Of a DNA stretch of 64,000 bases, positions 26,101 through 40,200 are shown piece by piece. The stretch comes from Chrysomallon squamiferum (taxonomy: Eukaryota; Animalia; Mollusca). Numbering within the stretch: the stretch's first letter is position 1; each line of letters starts with the position of its first letter. A model generated the notes under the pieces. The model had not been told where the DNA came from and ran no database searches. It saw only the letters and a program-made list of their open reading frames with translations. The stretch spans positions 7,254,001 to 7,318,000 of the forward strand of contig CM022679.1 in NCBI GenBank assembly GCA_012295275.1, read 5' to 3'. The position numbers and the translations under genes are program-made.

Positions 26101-29100
26101 TAAGTTGGAATTTCCTGATTTTGGTTGCTGTAAACAATAAAAAAAAAATATTTTTGATAAAGAATGTGCGTCGGTGTAATTTGGATTCCTAAAATGAAAT
26201 GACTTAAGAAATAAAAGGTATTTGAAACTATTCTTCACAAGGACTTATACAGCTTATTTATTTATTTATTCATTTTAATCTTCTTTAACAAAAAAAATAT
26301 ATTTTTAAAATAATATTTTTTTTTCTTATTGCATCGAGACATTTATTTTCAGTAATCATGTAATTGAACGTTAATATATTTATCTTTATCTATAAATAGA
26401 GCGTTTGTATGATTAAATCCTAACCAATAGTGTATATATATAATTTTAAAAATTTAATAACTACTTCCAATAAATTATTTTTAAAAAATGAGTGACGGTA
26501 AATTGTGAATTTTTTTCATGATATTTAGAAACTATAAATTGAATAGTGTGTGTGTGTGTGTGCGTGTGTGTGTGTTTGTGTGTGTGTTACTCATTCTTAC
26601 ATGAATAGCAAAAATTTATGAAATCATTTGAATACCGGAATACAGAAACAAATATAAACTATTTATGTCCAAATTTGAATATGTATGGTATTTTTCAAAC
26701 AAAATTTCATAAAAAACTAACTAATCATGTACTTTTCACTAACATGTGGCACGGCTCAAAAAATAAAATAAAAATAAAAATAAATAAATAAATAAATACA
26801 TACATATTTGTGTGTTATTATATGTATAATTCAAAAGATAAATAAATATCTCACCTAATATCCCCAGCATAATGTGTCGCCCATGACAATCGGACTCTTG
26901 TAAATCCCAAAACATGAACCAAATTAGTTGAACCGTATATGGATTGTGCAAGTTCAAATGCTGAATGATCATTTTCTAACAAAAGAGGAAACATATTATA
27001 GACGTCACTTTCTAAGGATCAAATTAAAGTCAAATAAAATAAAATTTTAATAAAATATATTACACAGTGAAAAGTTTAAAGATATTTTAAAATTAAAAGT
27101 TGAATATATTTCATTGGTTATTACCATACTGTTTCATTTTGTCTTTTAAATTATTATTTGTGTTATATGTTTTAAAAGTGTCTGTGTGTATGTGTGTATG
27201 TATGTGTGTATGTGTGTATGTATGTGTGTGTGTGTATGTGTGTGTCTATGTTCATATTCGAGTCCACGTCCATACTAGCAACATCAAAACGTTATTTCAA
27301 GTGATAAAGATGACTAGGTAATAACTTAATGTTCTAATTCGTTTTTTGATATTTTCTATGGACAAATCAACAATGATCAGGATATGAATCCTGCCGAACG
27401 CAGACAACTTGTTTCTGGTACATTCCTCCTCCCATCCAACATCACTAGACACACCTAGGACGATTAATATTGTGAAGACACTCTACAATCTTAGAAATCA
27501 AAAGTTGAAATGAATCTACCTTTTGAAATTCAGTGTTAATTAGAGTCACTGAAAAAAAAAAAATATATATATAAACTTGATCAGGCTTTTGTTTCACAAC
27601 TGTAGATTTTAAAAATAGTTAAAGAAGTCGAAAATAAGTTATGTTTTCTCACGTATTATTAGAACGGTCTTCCCTTCGTAATCATCTGGATTCAGTGAAA
27701 CTGTTTCATATCCCTCAGTGTATTCAATCCCTGGAAGATCTGGAATCACTGGTTTTGATACCCCAGCAGCTACAACTACAGATCTAATTGTAACAATAAA
27801 AAATAGTTTGCTAGTGATTTATAATACCACCAAAATACAGAGAAACATTCTTTTTTATTTGCTTATTTTGTTATACATTTTCTCTTAGTCTCAATTAAAT
27901 ATGAATCGATACAAATTGTTTGTAATTTTGGAACTGAAGATAATTTTATTTATTTTTATTCGTTAATTTTTATTTTTTACAAATTCTCAATCATGGAAAT
28001 ATTTAGGCTTTTGTTTGTGTACCTGCTGTACCAGTAATTAATTACAAGCAACCATAGAAACACACATACGAATGCTACATACACATTTATATTAGTTTCG
28101 TTATAATGAAAAGCGAATTGTATTTTGGTTTATATTTCGAAAACTAATGAAAAAAACAGTCTTACTTGCATTTGTACTCGGTTCCATTTTGATCTTTCAT
28201 TGTGAAATGATGTCCATCAAGAGCCGATTCATTTTTCACTGCTGACAAGTTTCTGATTTCTGTATTAAACTGCACACTGATGTTAAGTTTTCTCTGAAAG
28301 TCATTCAAGTAGCGGACATAATCATCAGCATGTGGAAACATTTTCTTGGAATAATGTCTGAAGAGTAGACTTTCATCATCACTAATCAGCGAGTTCCAGT
28401 CGTGACGTAAGTTGAATTCCTTGTTTGTCTGACCTGTGTGTCGCTTGTTCAGACTTATCAGTGTCCTGTGTCTTGGATAACGTGTGAAGAAACTTGCTGA
28501 AATTTGAAATAAATTTTCAGTTTCAATTAATGTTTATTCTGTTTCAACCTTATGAATTAAATACAGTTATTAGTTAACAGGTAATATCTTTTATATGCGC
28601 AGAGCTGGCAAGGGGAAATATAAGCTAAACTCTTGCTCGATGTTCAAGGGGCCAAGTCCAAATTATTGATTTATTGTTTTTCGTACCACACTTATTAGTT
28701 TTATTAGTGTTACCGTCACACATGACTGAAAGCAAAACTAACAAATGACATACATTTCATGTAGTTAAATTTCCTTTTAATTATTACTAAAAACAATAAT
28801 ATATTTTTAGATATAATATACTGATGTGTAGACATAGATCTGAAACAGTAATATTCAGATCACAGAGGGCATAAAAAATGAAAAGCAAAAGAATACCTGT
28901 GATGTTTGCCTTTTCAAAAACAACATAGTCTCTGCCAGCTCTGTGGAGGAAATAGCCCATCTGTACACCAGCAGGTCCAGCCCCAATGACACAGTAATCA
29001 TGATAAACCATCGACTGTTGATGTGTCAGCAGTATTTCAAGTATCAGCAGTAGGAATTGGAAGACATGGGTGGGAAATGTTAATGTGGTACAGCTCCACA

Positions 29101-29101
29101 T
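21441..29101 (-). CDS. FOXRED2: FOXRED2-like FAD-dependent oxidoreductase, derived paralog D (624 aa)
   Basis: Nine GT-AG exons: 29101-28897, 28496-28166, 27783-27653, 26975-26855, 25899-25687, 24444-24278, 23332-23167, 22514-22276, 21742-21441. Total 1875 nt = 625 codons. Exon 1-8 sizes are identical to copy C. Confidence 0.92.
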
Positions 29102-30104
29102 TTTTTGTTCTTACTTATTACCTGAACAAATATAAACATCGAAATAGAAATATTAAGAAAAAACATATATCTATAAATTTGCAAAATAGATGGATACATA
29201 GATGGATAGACGGATGAATGCATGGATAGACAGATCAAAGTAAATAATATTCATATTCATATAGGCAGGAAAGCAAATATCACTTTAGTTCAACATCGGA
29301 AGGAATGTGGAAAAATAATTTTTTTAAAATGCCTCGTCATCTCATTTTTATATAAGCCGTTATTATGTATTTGTTTCAGTTTTGCGTTTTGCGTTTTGTG
29401 ATAAATAATATGAGAGATGAAACCCGCTACTGCATCTTTTATAGCTACTTATCCACTTAGCAATTACCTATGACTAGAACTGTTTCTGCACACTGAAATG
29501 AACAGAAAATAAATTAAGCTCTGTTTTAAATGCCACATTACATAAGAATTGTCAATAACTCATCCAGTAATATGCTATACCAAAACAAACTTTGCCATAA
29601 AAAAATGATATTATATAAACAAATACTGAACAGAAATGATAATTTTATAATAAAATGTTGTTGTTTTTTTCAACAAGGTTTTTAATCCAAATATAACGTT
29701 TATATATATATATATTTGTGTGTATGTATTTATATATATGTATATATAAGGTAAATAAAGCTAATGGAATATTCAATAGGTATTATCTCCTGGGGTATTT
29801 GTTCTTGATAAATACAGCACACTGGTTTAAGTTTCCTTTTCAGTTTTTTATTTATATATTTTAATTATTTTTGGTTTTTACTTACTTACTTACTTACTAA
29901 ATTAATTATTTTATTTTATTTAGTATAATTATGTTTTTATTATTATGATTATTACTACCAAAAATTACCATTAGGATTCCATATTTTATTATTATTATTT
30001 TTATTATTATCATTATTATTATTAGAATGAGCTGATGTGCAAAACAATAATAAAAAAAAATTAAAATTAAAAAAGATAAAGATTAAAAAATACAAAAATA
30101 CAAC

Positions 30105-31261
30105 CAGATGGTAATTTTTCGTAGTAATACAGAACTGGACGGAGAAACTTAGAATTGTGGGCATCTGCTGGATCAGAACGGAAGGCATCATTACCAGGTC
30201 CAGAGAAGTTAGTTCCATACTGCATGTTGAGAACTACAACACGGTCTGCAGGTCGACCTGTCATACTGGGAAATTTGTGTATCAGGTAGATGGGAAATTC
30301 CTCAAAATATTCAAATTCCTGAGTGCCACTGGAAAGAAAAAAAAAATACATTAACAGTAACAGACCTAAATAAATCAAATAAATAATTAGTAGTAATTTA
30401 GCAAGCACATCCAAGAGTATTGTGAAGCTAGAAAATAAACTGAAACAAGACAAATAAGTAATTATATATTTTATCTTGATTGTTATGAAATACATTTCTT
30501 AGTAGTATTTTTCTTTCTGCAATCGAACTGTCGTAAAGGAAACAAGTAACAAATTTATTTCTAAATTTTGGTTTCATATCTGAAGAATACTGTAATATTC
30601 TAAATAATCGCGAGGAGTATTTTACGACAATAGAATCAGGTATTATTATTATTTCAGACTTAGAAAATTACTCTGTGAAGACAATAACGTCTCCTATGAT
30701 AGAAAACACCTGATAAATTCCAGAAGCTTCATTCCTTCTTTGCTGTGTATATGGAACGGTTTTAGAAGGCCAAGGTACACCTTCATACTTGCATTCCATC
30801 ATACGATGCAAGGCACGAGCTGATGGATTAAATGGATGTTATAGAACTTCACAGTGTGAAAGAAGGTTTGGACAACAGGTAATCAGTTGTGTGCCACAAT
30901 TAAAAATTTATCATTTAAGTATTTAACCCAGAAGATACAAATTTAAATCCTTCAATCGGTATTATAATATTTCAGAACGTCTACTGAGAGAGAAAGAAAA
31001 AAAAAATTAAGATTCAGTGAATGTATTAAAAGTGTTTCTCAGAAAATTACATCTGGATGGTAATATAGGAAAGTTTGACCACCTGTGTATCTGAAACCAT
31101 GAATAAATCCTCCAGCTGACTTCCGATAATCAAGACCATGAGACATAGCTCCAGCGAAATACATTCCTTTCACATTCAGTGTCTCATAGTCGAAACCTAT
31201 CTGAGGAAGTTTCTTGGAATAATGTCTGAAGAGCAGACTTTCATCATCACTGATCAGCGAG
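30105..31261 (-). pseudogene. FOXRED2: FOXRED2-like pseudogene E (exon 2/6 fusion fragment, exon 7, exon 8)
   Basis: 31261-31083 reads [17 protein letters not shown] (exon 2) fused to LPQIGFDYETLNVKG...GFRYT (exon 6). Exon 7 remnant 30819-30672 is 18 nt short and exon 8 remnant 30328-30105 is 15 nt short. No exon 1, 3-5 or 9 seen. Confidence 0.85.
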
Positions 31262-31905
31262 TATAGACATATTAAATCAGAAACATTTATAGTTTATTTT
31301 TTGTTTTTTTTGTTTGTTTGTTTGTTGTTGTTTTTTGTTTTTTGTTTTTTTTGTTGTTTTTTAATGGCCTTTCATTATATTTCATTATTTATGTTGTTAA
31401 CTGTGTCAAATTTAGAACTATTTCTTAGGAAAACTGTCTATATGTGTGTGTGTGTTCGTGCGTGCGTGAGTGCGTCTGCGCGTGTGAACAAAGACAGATA
31501 CCTCTACGAGTTAAGAGGATGATATATTAATAATACAAAATGGATTGGTTTTGTAGATGTTTATATCCTTAGATAGAGCATCTTCTAATGTGCATGCTGT
31601 GTGGATAAAGAAAAGAACAACTGTCAAATTGTAGCAATTTTATTTTTCAATCTTGTTAAAATTATTCCTTTTAATAATTCTTTTTAAAAAATATCTCGTT
31701 ATACCTTTCAAATGATTTTTAATTTTTTGAGTATTTTCTTCTTAAAACTCAAAATTCTTTTCTAACGAGGATGTAAGTTTTCTCCTGAAAAAGTATTAGT
31801 TTTCCAAAAGATGTATTTTAGAAGAACCATGAAGTAATAACAACCTTTATCTATAAATCTGTAACATACTTTTATACGAAAAAAATGTCCTCATAAATAT
31901 ATCTG

Positions 31906-31948
<43 letters not shown>

Positions 31949-31959
31949 TGTCAGATAAG

Positions 31960-32004
<45 letters not shown>

Positions 32005-32284
32005 GAAAGTATATTTCTGTCATTTTCACAACGAAATATTTAATAAAACTGAAAGGTGAATAGATAATTTTAGATATAAAAAGCAATTGAAACGTGATGT
32101 AAAAACCTGTTGAACAAGATTAAAATGAGCTTTGATAATGCATACATTGACATTAATTTTTGTATAAATTATTTATGTTTGCAAATGTCCTGTTATCTGA
32201 ATCGACCTAGTTGATGAATGAAAAAAGATACACATATATACTTGTATCCGATTTTGTATTATATAATCATCATCATAATCGTTG

Positions 32285-32315
<31 letters not shown>

Positions 32316-35300
32316 CGTATTTATTTATTTATTTTGTCATGTGGTTCTTTTAAAAATTTCATATCAACGTATCTGCGAAAATAATCTAATCAGTAAAAAA
32401 TGTTTTTATCGTGTGTATTTACTTTATATTATATTATATTATATTATATTTTATGTTATATCATATCATATTATATTATATTATGATATGTTATTTTATG
32501 TTATCCATTTTTAAAATTATTATTAGTTTTAAAGTGTTTTGGCAGTGACTACACCAATTTATTTATTTAAATTTCCATTAATAATTTCCAAATACTAATG
32601 AAAATAATGCTACTACATAACAACAGTTAATGATTTCATCTTACACTACTGTAGAGACAGACTTGATAATAAAAAACAGATATTTTTCAAATATTTAAAT
32701 AAAAAACGTGTTTTAAATTGTAAAATGGTGCATTAAAATGTATGATGATTGTCTACAGATTTAATTATACTGCAAACATAATAACATATACTGGCCTTTG
32801 ATTAGTTCATTTAAAAGTGAATTGTGTGTGCGGTTGTGTTTTTGTTTGTATTGTTTAATTATTATCTTGGAAAAGCTGTCGATATGTTAAACACACGCGT
32901 TCACTCTTCTCTCACGCACACATACCACACACACTTTATACAAACTTTTTTTCTGCTCTCTGCTCTGTGAATAGATACCTATAAAATCTGTCAAATTATT
33001 TTGCATAAAGCTGATATTATAGTCCATATAAACATGTGATGAGATGATATTTTTCATTAATTCTATTCACGGCTCGTTCCAGTGATTTATAACACGACAT
33101 AATATTTTCTCTGCAGTCCAGAAGAAGCTGTATGGTAATTTATTATTAAACCATTTACTGTTACTTTATTTATTTATTATTTCTTTTAAATCGATTTTCC
33201 GGACACTGATAACCTCTCTGAAATCGGAAAAAATACAACCGAGCATTTCGAGTTTATTAATTTACATTTAATAAATAATCTGTTTTTATTGATACACCTG
33301 TACGAGTCTCAAAACACACAAACACACACATACAAACAAAAATAGATAAATAAATGTGCCATTATTAATTAATTAATTTATTTATTATTGTTGTTATTGT
33401 TATTTAGACTGCTTACAGACTTATATTACTTATTTGACTAAATACTATTTATTTATTTAATATTATTTATTTTATTTTACTTTACTTCATTTCTTTTAAT
33501 TACTTTTTAATGTAATTATAGACAAATAATAAAAATAGTTACGCTTTGTTAATGATGCTTTGTAAACAGTGTACTCTAGGTTTCAGTAATCAATGAAATT
33601 AAAAAAAAACAACCAGGAAACGTACTACCGAAGCATCTAGATCTTGATATAAACAATACACATCTTTTTCTTTCTCTTCTAATTTTTTTTTTTTTTTTTT
33701 TGGTTTGTTTTTAGTACACTCATTAAATTAACTACAGAGGCAGATTATACTTCAGGTAAGAGTGGTTTCCAAACAAAATGCAAACACTGCTAAATGTTTA
33801 TAATTTGAAATTATCCGTTTATCCACTGCATCAGTATACTAAACTGAAGATGGCATTCAGTTGTGCTCAAATATCATTCAGAACATATGATATATGGACA
33901 TTATTTAAAAAAAAAAAAAAAAACCTACAACCCCCATCATTTATGCCCAGGGAACCCCACATATATTCTCCGAATTATTTGAAATCTTAAAAACTGATTG
34001 ATGTGATCTTTCATTACAGACAATTTAATTATAAAATGAATAAAATACACATTCATAAGAAAAAATATTTTATTTCTTTATTTAGATGTTCAGAGTTATA
34101 GCAACAACATTATTCCACCACCTCAGAAAAGAGGATATCGTACGTAGATTAATAATAACCCTTACATTGCATATTTATCTCAACAGACATGGTATATTAA
34201 AAGAGAAATTTTCAAAAGCTGAAACAAGTTTGATTACAAGATACACATTATTTTGTGTATAAAATAATTTCATACTGTTTAACAAAAAAAAAAAAAAAAA
34301 AAAAAATTCCTGGAACATCATAAATAAAAAACACTGTTGTTAAAGCTTAATAGAAATTCAAAGCTATCATGCCAACAACTACATTAAAGCAATATTACTT
34401 ATCATATACTTTTTGGTAAATTGTTTTTGCCTTTTTTAACATTATTTGATCAATTTAATTATAACTTTTGATTAACTTAAATGTAAAAGATGTTCATTAA
34501 TTTAGGGATTACACATAAAAAATAAACACACGAAAATTGATAATAATGTATCAAAAATTTAGTGTAAACTGATGATACTTTGGACAGAGTGCACTGTATA
34601 TGAAGAATAAAACTTAATAAAAATTAACAAACAGCAAAGTTATTTTTTTACTCAATAAAACAGTGAAATAAATATTCATTAAATACAGTCAATGGTCTGA
34701 CTTCCTAATATCTAGAACAGTTATATAAATCAGATATTTTATACTTCATTATGTTTGTATTTAACAATCTGAACTGAGTCAGTAATACTATTTCATTACT
34801 GCTACAAGTTAACTTATTTAAAGTAAAATTTAAAAATAAAAATAAGAAATAAAAATAATATTAAATATGTTGATCTGTAACATCAATCTGTCAAAAAAAA
34901 AAAAGAGTTTGTTTTCCAATAACAATCATTTTTATAACAAGTCATTTGAACAAGATTCCCTGAATAGCCACTACAGTTTTGACTTCAAAACCATTTTGAT
35001 GATTCCAAAAACTTGTAAAATAATACAACAAATTTACAAATGAAACAACAAACAAAAGCATACTCTAACATTCAGAATTTATATACATAGTTGAGCAGTT
35101 TAATAAAGGCTAGTTTTATTCATGTATACAAAACTGGTCACACTTTCATCAAAATACTGTTTGATTATTGTCAAAATATTTTATAAATAAAATTTAAAAA
35201 AATATACATATAGGGTTTCATTAAATTGCAGTTAATCAAAACACATCCTGCCAAAATAGATAAATATTTAGAAATCTGACATTAAAAATGTTGTCAAAAA

Positions 35301-36344
35301 GGGTTTAGGGCAAATTAGGTAATACATACATTTAAAGCTATCACTTAACAATCATATATAAATGTGCCAAAAAGTTTGATATATTAAAAATTCACAAACC
35401 ACTTACAACATTAACATATATATATATTATAAATACAAACAAAGAAGAGACCACAAGCCAAACATCTGCTTTTGGTATCAACAAAATTAACATTAACTTA
35501 TAACATATATATCAAAATCAACAATTCATCATAAAATTTAAATAAATTGGTAACAATTTTATACTGAACTGGGAATTTTTTATTTTTTATTTTTTTTAAA
35601 GAGGGACTTTTTCTGTAAAATATAACAAGATCACTATAAAAAATAAATAGAAATAAAAATTAATAATATTCATTTATCAAAATTTGTTGCTGTAATAATG
35701 GAAATGTTTTAAATATTTTATTAACAAGAAATAAAAGAAAGAAGAAGATAAAAGATAAATAAATAAATAATAATAATAATAATAACAACCTGTAAAGTAT
35801 TTTTCTGTAATTAAATAAACAAAATAACAAATATGCATGACATATTAAACAACTTTACCAAAAGTATTTAATTTCAGCACTGGCAATTCTAATTTGACTA
35901 TAATCAAAAGCACTACTTAATATGAATGGTTTTCTAACTGTTAAGACAAAGATAGATGAAATAATTTGATAACAGATGCAATGACTCATTTTTCTTTTTA
36001 GATAGGATTTAAAATGTTTTCTTTTTAAAAGATTTTATGTTGCTTCTTAACATCAAACTGACAAGTTTTCCAATGTTATTTAGTCAAAATAATTTAAAAT
36101 ATATCAAGCATTATGTACCGAGAAGTGTGAGAACTGAATTGAAGATAATATCACAGATCAAATATACTGCCTTAGATATCTGTTTTTAAAGAACAGTTTT
36201 TAAATATTATACAATTCATTTTTGGTGATTTTTTAAATAACCTATTTTATTTCTTTTTCTTTATATTTTTAAAGAAAACTGATTTAATTACAGAACTTCA
36301 AATAGCTGAATCTACATCTGACAGAAAAACATATAAATACAATA

Positions 36345-36592
36345 TAGATTAAGTATCCCTTAACTGAAATTTCAAAATCACTTATTGTATTCAAGAAGCT
36401 GAAATGGTTATAGTTTAAGTTTTCAGATTGTTTAGTAGTATACACAAACACAATTTCATGCACAAAACTATTAAAAATTATTATGCCATTGGTGAGATTT
36501 ATCTTTAGACTTGTGGTCCCATTATCTGGCTGTCTCCCAAAATCCAATACACTTGAAACACCCAGTGTTTCAGATAAAGGATACTCAACCTG
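36345..36592. mobile_element. pogo/Tigger-type non-autonomous DNA transposon (MITE)
   Basis: Imperfect terminal inverted repeats tagattaagtatcccttaactgaaa (36345) and tttcagataaaggatactcaacctg (ending 36592), with TA flanking both sides. Confidence 0.7.
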
Positions 36593-37205
36593 TAACATGG
36601 AAATGAAACTGAAGAATTAAAATTTCTATATATTTTTTTTTAAATTCAACTTGAATTAAGGAAATTTGATTAAATATATTTTAAAGTGCCAACAACGAGC
36701 CTAATATACACTGTGCATACTTACAGGAAAAATTTTGTTTCTGTAGATCATGTTTTGCTAATAAAGCATCACTGGAGTAAAAAGAAAATGATTTTATTTT
36801 AGTTTTCATATTATTTTTATTACTATTAGTTATGTTGAATATAATGTTTAAACTCCTGAAAGGCAACTTTGATAATGATTTACTAATCAAAACAGAAACT
36901 CTAAGTCAGTAGTTTATAGATTATTATATTTTTTTTTAAACACTTTATAAACATGATCTAGCAATTGTACCCCCAAAAATGAAAATGTCAGTATTCTTCT
37001 ATTGCTGTTATACTTCATTATTAGTTAAAACTGGTCTCTTGCTGCTCGACACATGGAAGTATACAAAATATATTTAGGCTACACATTCGCACCACCAAAT
37101 GCTCTTTTCAAGAAGGCCACTTAAAGGTTCATATTTCATTCAGGGCATCTGTTGTAAGAAATAGGGTATTGTAATCTGACTTTACTGACAAAAACAGTTT
37201 TTCTG

Positions 37206-40200
37206 CTAAAAGGAAATAACATTTTGCAGTTTGAGTTGATGAAGTTTTTGTGTTCCTGTAAGACCTTGACCTTTCAAGAACTGGGATTGACAGATCATAG
37301 GAACACTGGTGTGGGTCATTGCGATTTGCAAACATGATTCAGAGAAGAAATGTCTCATGTCAGTTCCAAGTATTCTCTCAGTAAATCTGCGCAGTGGCAA
37401 AATGTGGCTTTTTGGAGCATCCCAGAGGGTCAGGAAATCCTCAACCATGTGGTGAAGAGCTGTTGGTCGTGGCAGAATTTCATGACGTTTGCGAGATTTT
37501 ATCATTTGTTCTGCAATGTAAAAGAATAAATTACAAGATACATTTGAAAAGTCTGAAAAATTATTTTTGACATTCTTATAATTACTGCAAATAAATATAG
37601 ATAGACTAAACTATCTGTCATTTCCTTTTGAATGTAAAACAAATTTGAACATTTAATATAAAAAGAAATAACAGTGAAGGTCTTATTAAAAACATTTTCT
37701 TCAGATCAAGGTTAAAGAATTTTTAAAAATAAAATTTAATCAAAAACAAATTCCTCAAAATCCAATTTCTTTATATTAAATAGCTTAGAAGTAAATATAA
37801 TCTCCATACAGTTTAGAATGTTAATATATTTTTTTTAATTTGATTTTAAAATAAAATACGAAGAATGCATTTAAACAAACAAACCTGTAGGCAGCTTTTC
37901 ATAATAATACATCACTGGATGGAGAAAGTTAGAATTATGGGCATCTGCTGGATCACCAGTAGCTCGATCCGAACGGAAGACATCATTACCAGGTCCAGAG
38001 AAGTTAGTTCCATACTGCATGTTGAGAACTATAACACGGTCTGCAGGTCGACCTGTCATACTGGGAAATTTGTGTATCAGGTAGATGGGAAATTCCTCAA
38101 AATATTCAAATTCCTGAGTTTCACTGGAATGCAGAAAACACACATACAGTACAAGACCTAAATAAATTAAATGAATAGCCAGATGTAATATTTTAAATTT
38201 AGGGAGTTTGTTATTGTAATTTTTTGTATTACAAATTTATCAATTAGTCCTCACACCAAAGCTAGAAAATAAATTCAAATAAATTGATTAGTTAAAGAAA
38301 TAATTATATTTTTCTTATTTCTTATATGAAGCATGCTTTTAATTTGGATTTCAGACATTTAACACCTGATCTTTATGTGTTATTAGTAACTAATCAGATG
38401 CAAACAACAACAAAAAAACTTAACTCTTACATTTTATATTCCATTGTTAAATATTTTTGAGACTAATGTCAGACTTACTCTCTCAAAACAATAACATCTC
38501 CCAGAACAGAAAACATCTGATAAATCCCAGAAGCTTCATTCATTCTTTTCAGCATGTGATTCATCAGCTGTGTATATGGAGCAGTCTTAGAAGGCCAAGG
38601 TACACCTTCATACTTGTATTCCATCATATGATGCAAGGCCCGAGCTGTAATGTTAATAGTTAACTTAGTTTAAACACTTTTACATAAATCTATTTTAAAA
38701 TCCAACCATTGTAAGTTGAGACTTAACCTTTCACAATTTAATCCAAGAGTTTAACATTTTATTGTACAGCAAAACAAAATATACAAAATATCCTGAAAAT
38801 AGTTTTCTTTTGAAATTTTGTTGAAATTTTGTTGTTTTTTGTTTTAGATGGTATTAATGTATTTGAACTGAAGAATGCTGAAGATACAGCAGTTAAGGTA
38901 GAACATTTCTAACCTGTGTATCTGAACCCATGGATAAACCCTCCAGCTGATTTCCTATGATCAACACCATGTGACATGGTTCCAGCAAAATACAGTCCTT
39001 TCACACGCAGTGATTCATAGTCGAAGCCTATCAAGGGAAATTTCTTATTTCGACCTTTTCCTGAACCAGGATTTGTTGAACTAAAAAAAAAAAAAAAAAA
39101 CATCATGTTTTTGAGAAATTTGTTTATGATTTTACTATTCTACTTCTGAATTGATATTCTGTAACAAAAATAAGTCTGCTAAATGAATTTCCTCAAATCA
39201 CACTAAAAAGAGAAAAAACCCACAAAAAACAAAAACAACTCACTTTGTAAAGAGATCACTATCATATGAAAACCCTAGACAACGTATAATTTTGTCATAA
39301 GGCTCTCTCATAGCAAAATTGTCTAAGTCATATTCCTCTGATTGTGATTCAGATGCCTCTTCTCTCTCAGATTTCACCCACAGTTTGTCATTTTCCTTAA
39401 CAATGCGCATTTCACCAAGTACTGCCTCCAGGATTCCGTCAAGTGACTTCAACATGTATGTATCGAGGATGTTATTGTTTACTGCTCTGTAAAAGAAATA
39501 GGTGAAAAGTAAATCATAACTCTGTTTGTCATTTCTTTAGAATAAAGATAAAATTGCTATACTGTGCCTTTAATATACAAGAGGATTTAAAGTTTTATCT
39601 ACTGTTCTTGAAATTATGATCAGAAATAAAATGGTGACACAGGCCAATTTGAACCAATTTCTACATATTGATTTTTAAATACTGACAAATATCCTAACCT
39701 TAGATCTCCAACATAATGTGTTGACCATGACAACCTGACCCTGGACCGCCCCACCATATGTATCAGATTTGTTGACCCGTATATAGATTCTGCCATTTCA
39801 AATGCTGAATTGCCACGACCTAAAAGTAATAAAACACCTCAGTAAATAACTTGTCTATTTTGCAAACTAGTGTAATTCATTTTATGTGTTAAAATGATAA
39901 TCGATTTTGAATTATTTTTGAAATTCTGACAGTTTTTAGTGGATGTATGCAATATTTTGTTCAGTTAGTAACTAAAAAATGTATATGTAATTTACTGTAT
40001 ACAACAAAGCCTATGCCATCATCTTTGAAGATAGATTGATACTGCAAAACATTTTCAGACTTTAAAAAAAAACAGAAAAAAAGTTAAACATACTTGCAGT
40101 AAAGATTTAAATTCTAGGTCGAAAGATGGTAAATTTGGAAAATTAGTCATCATACTTTAAATTCTGAAGCAGATTTATTTCACACTGACATTTTGGAACT

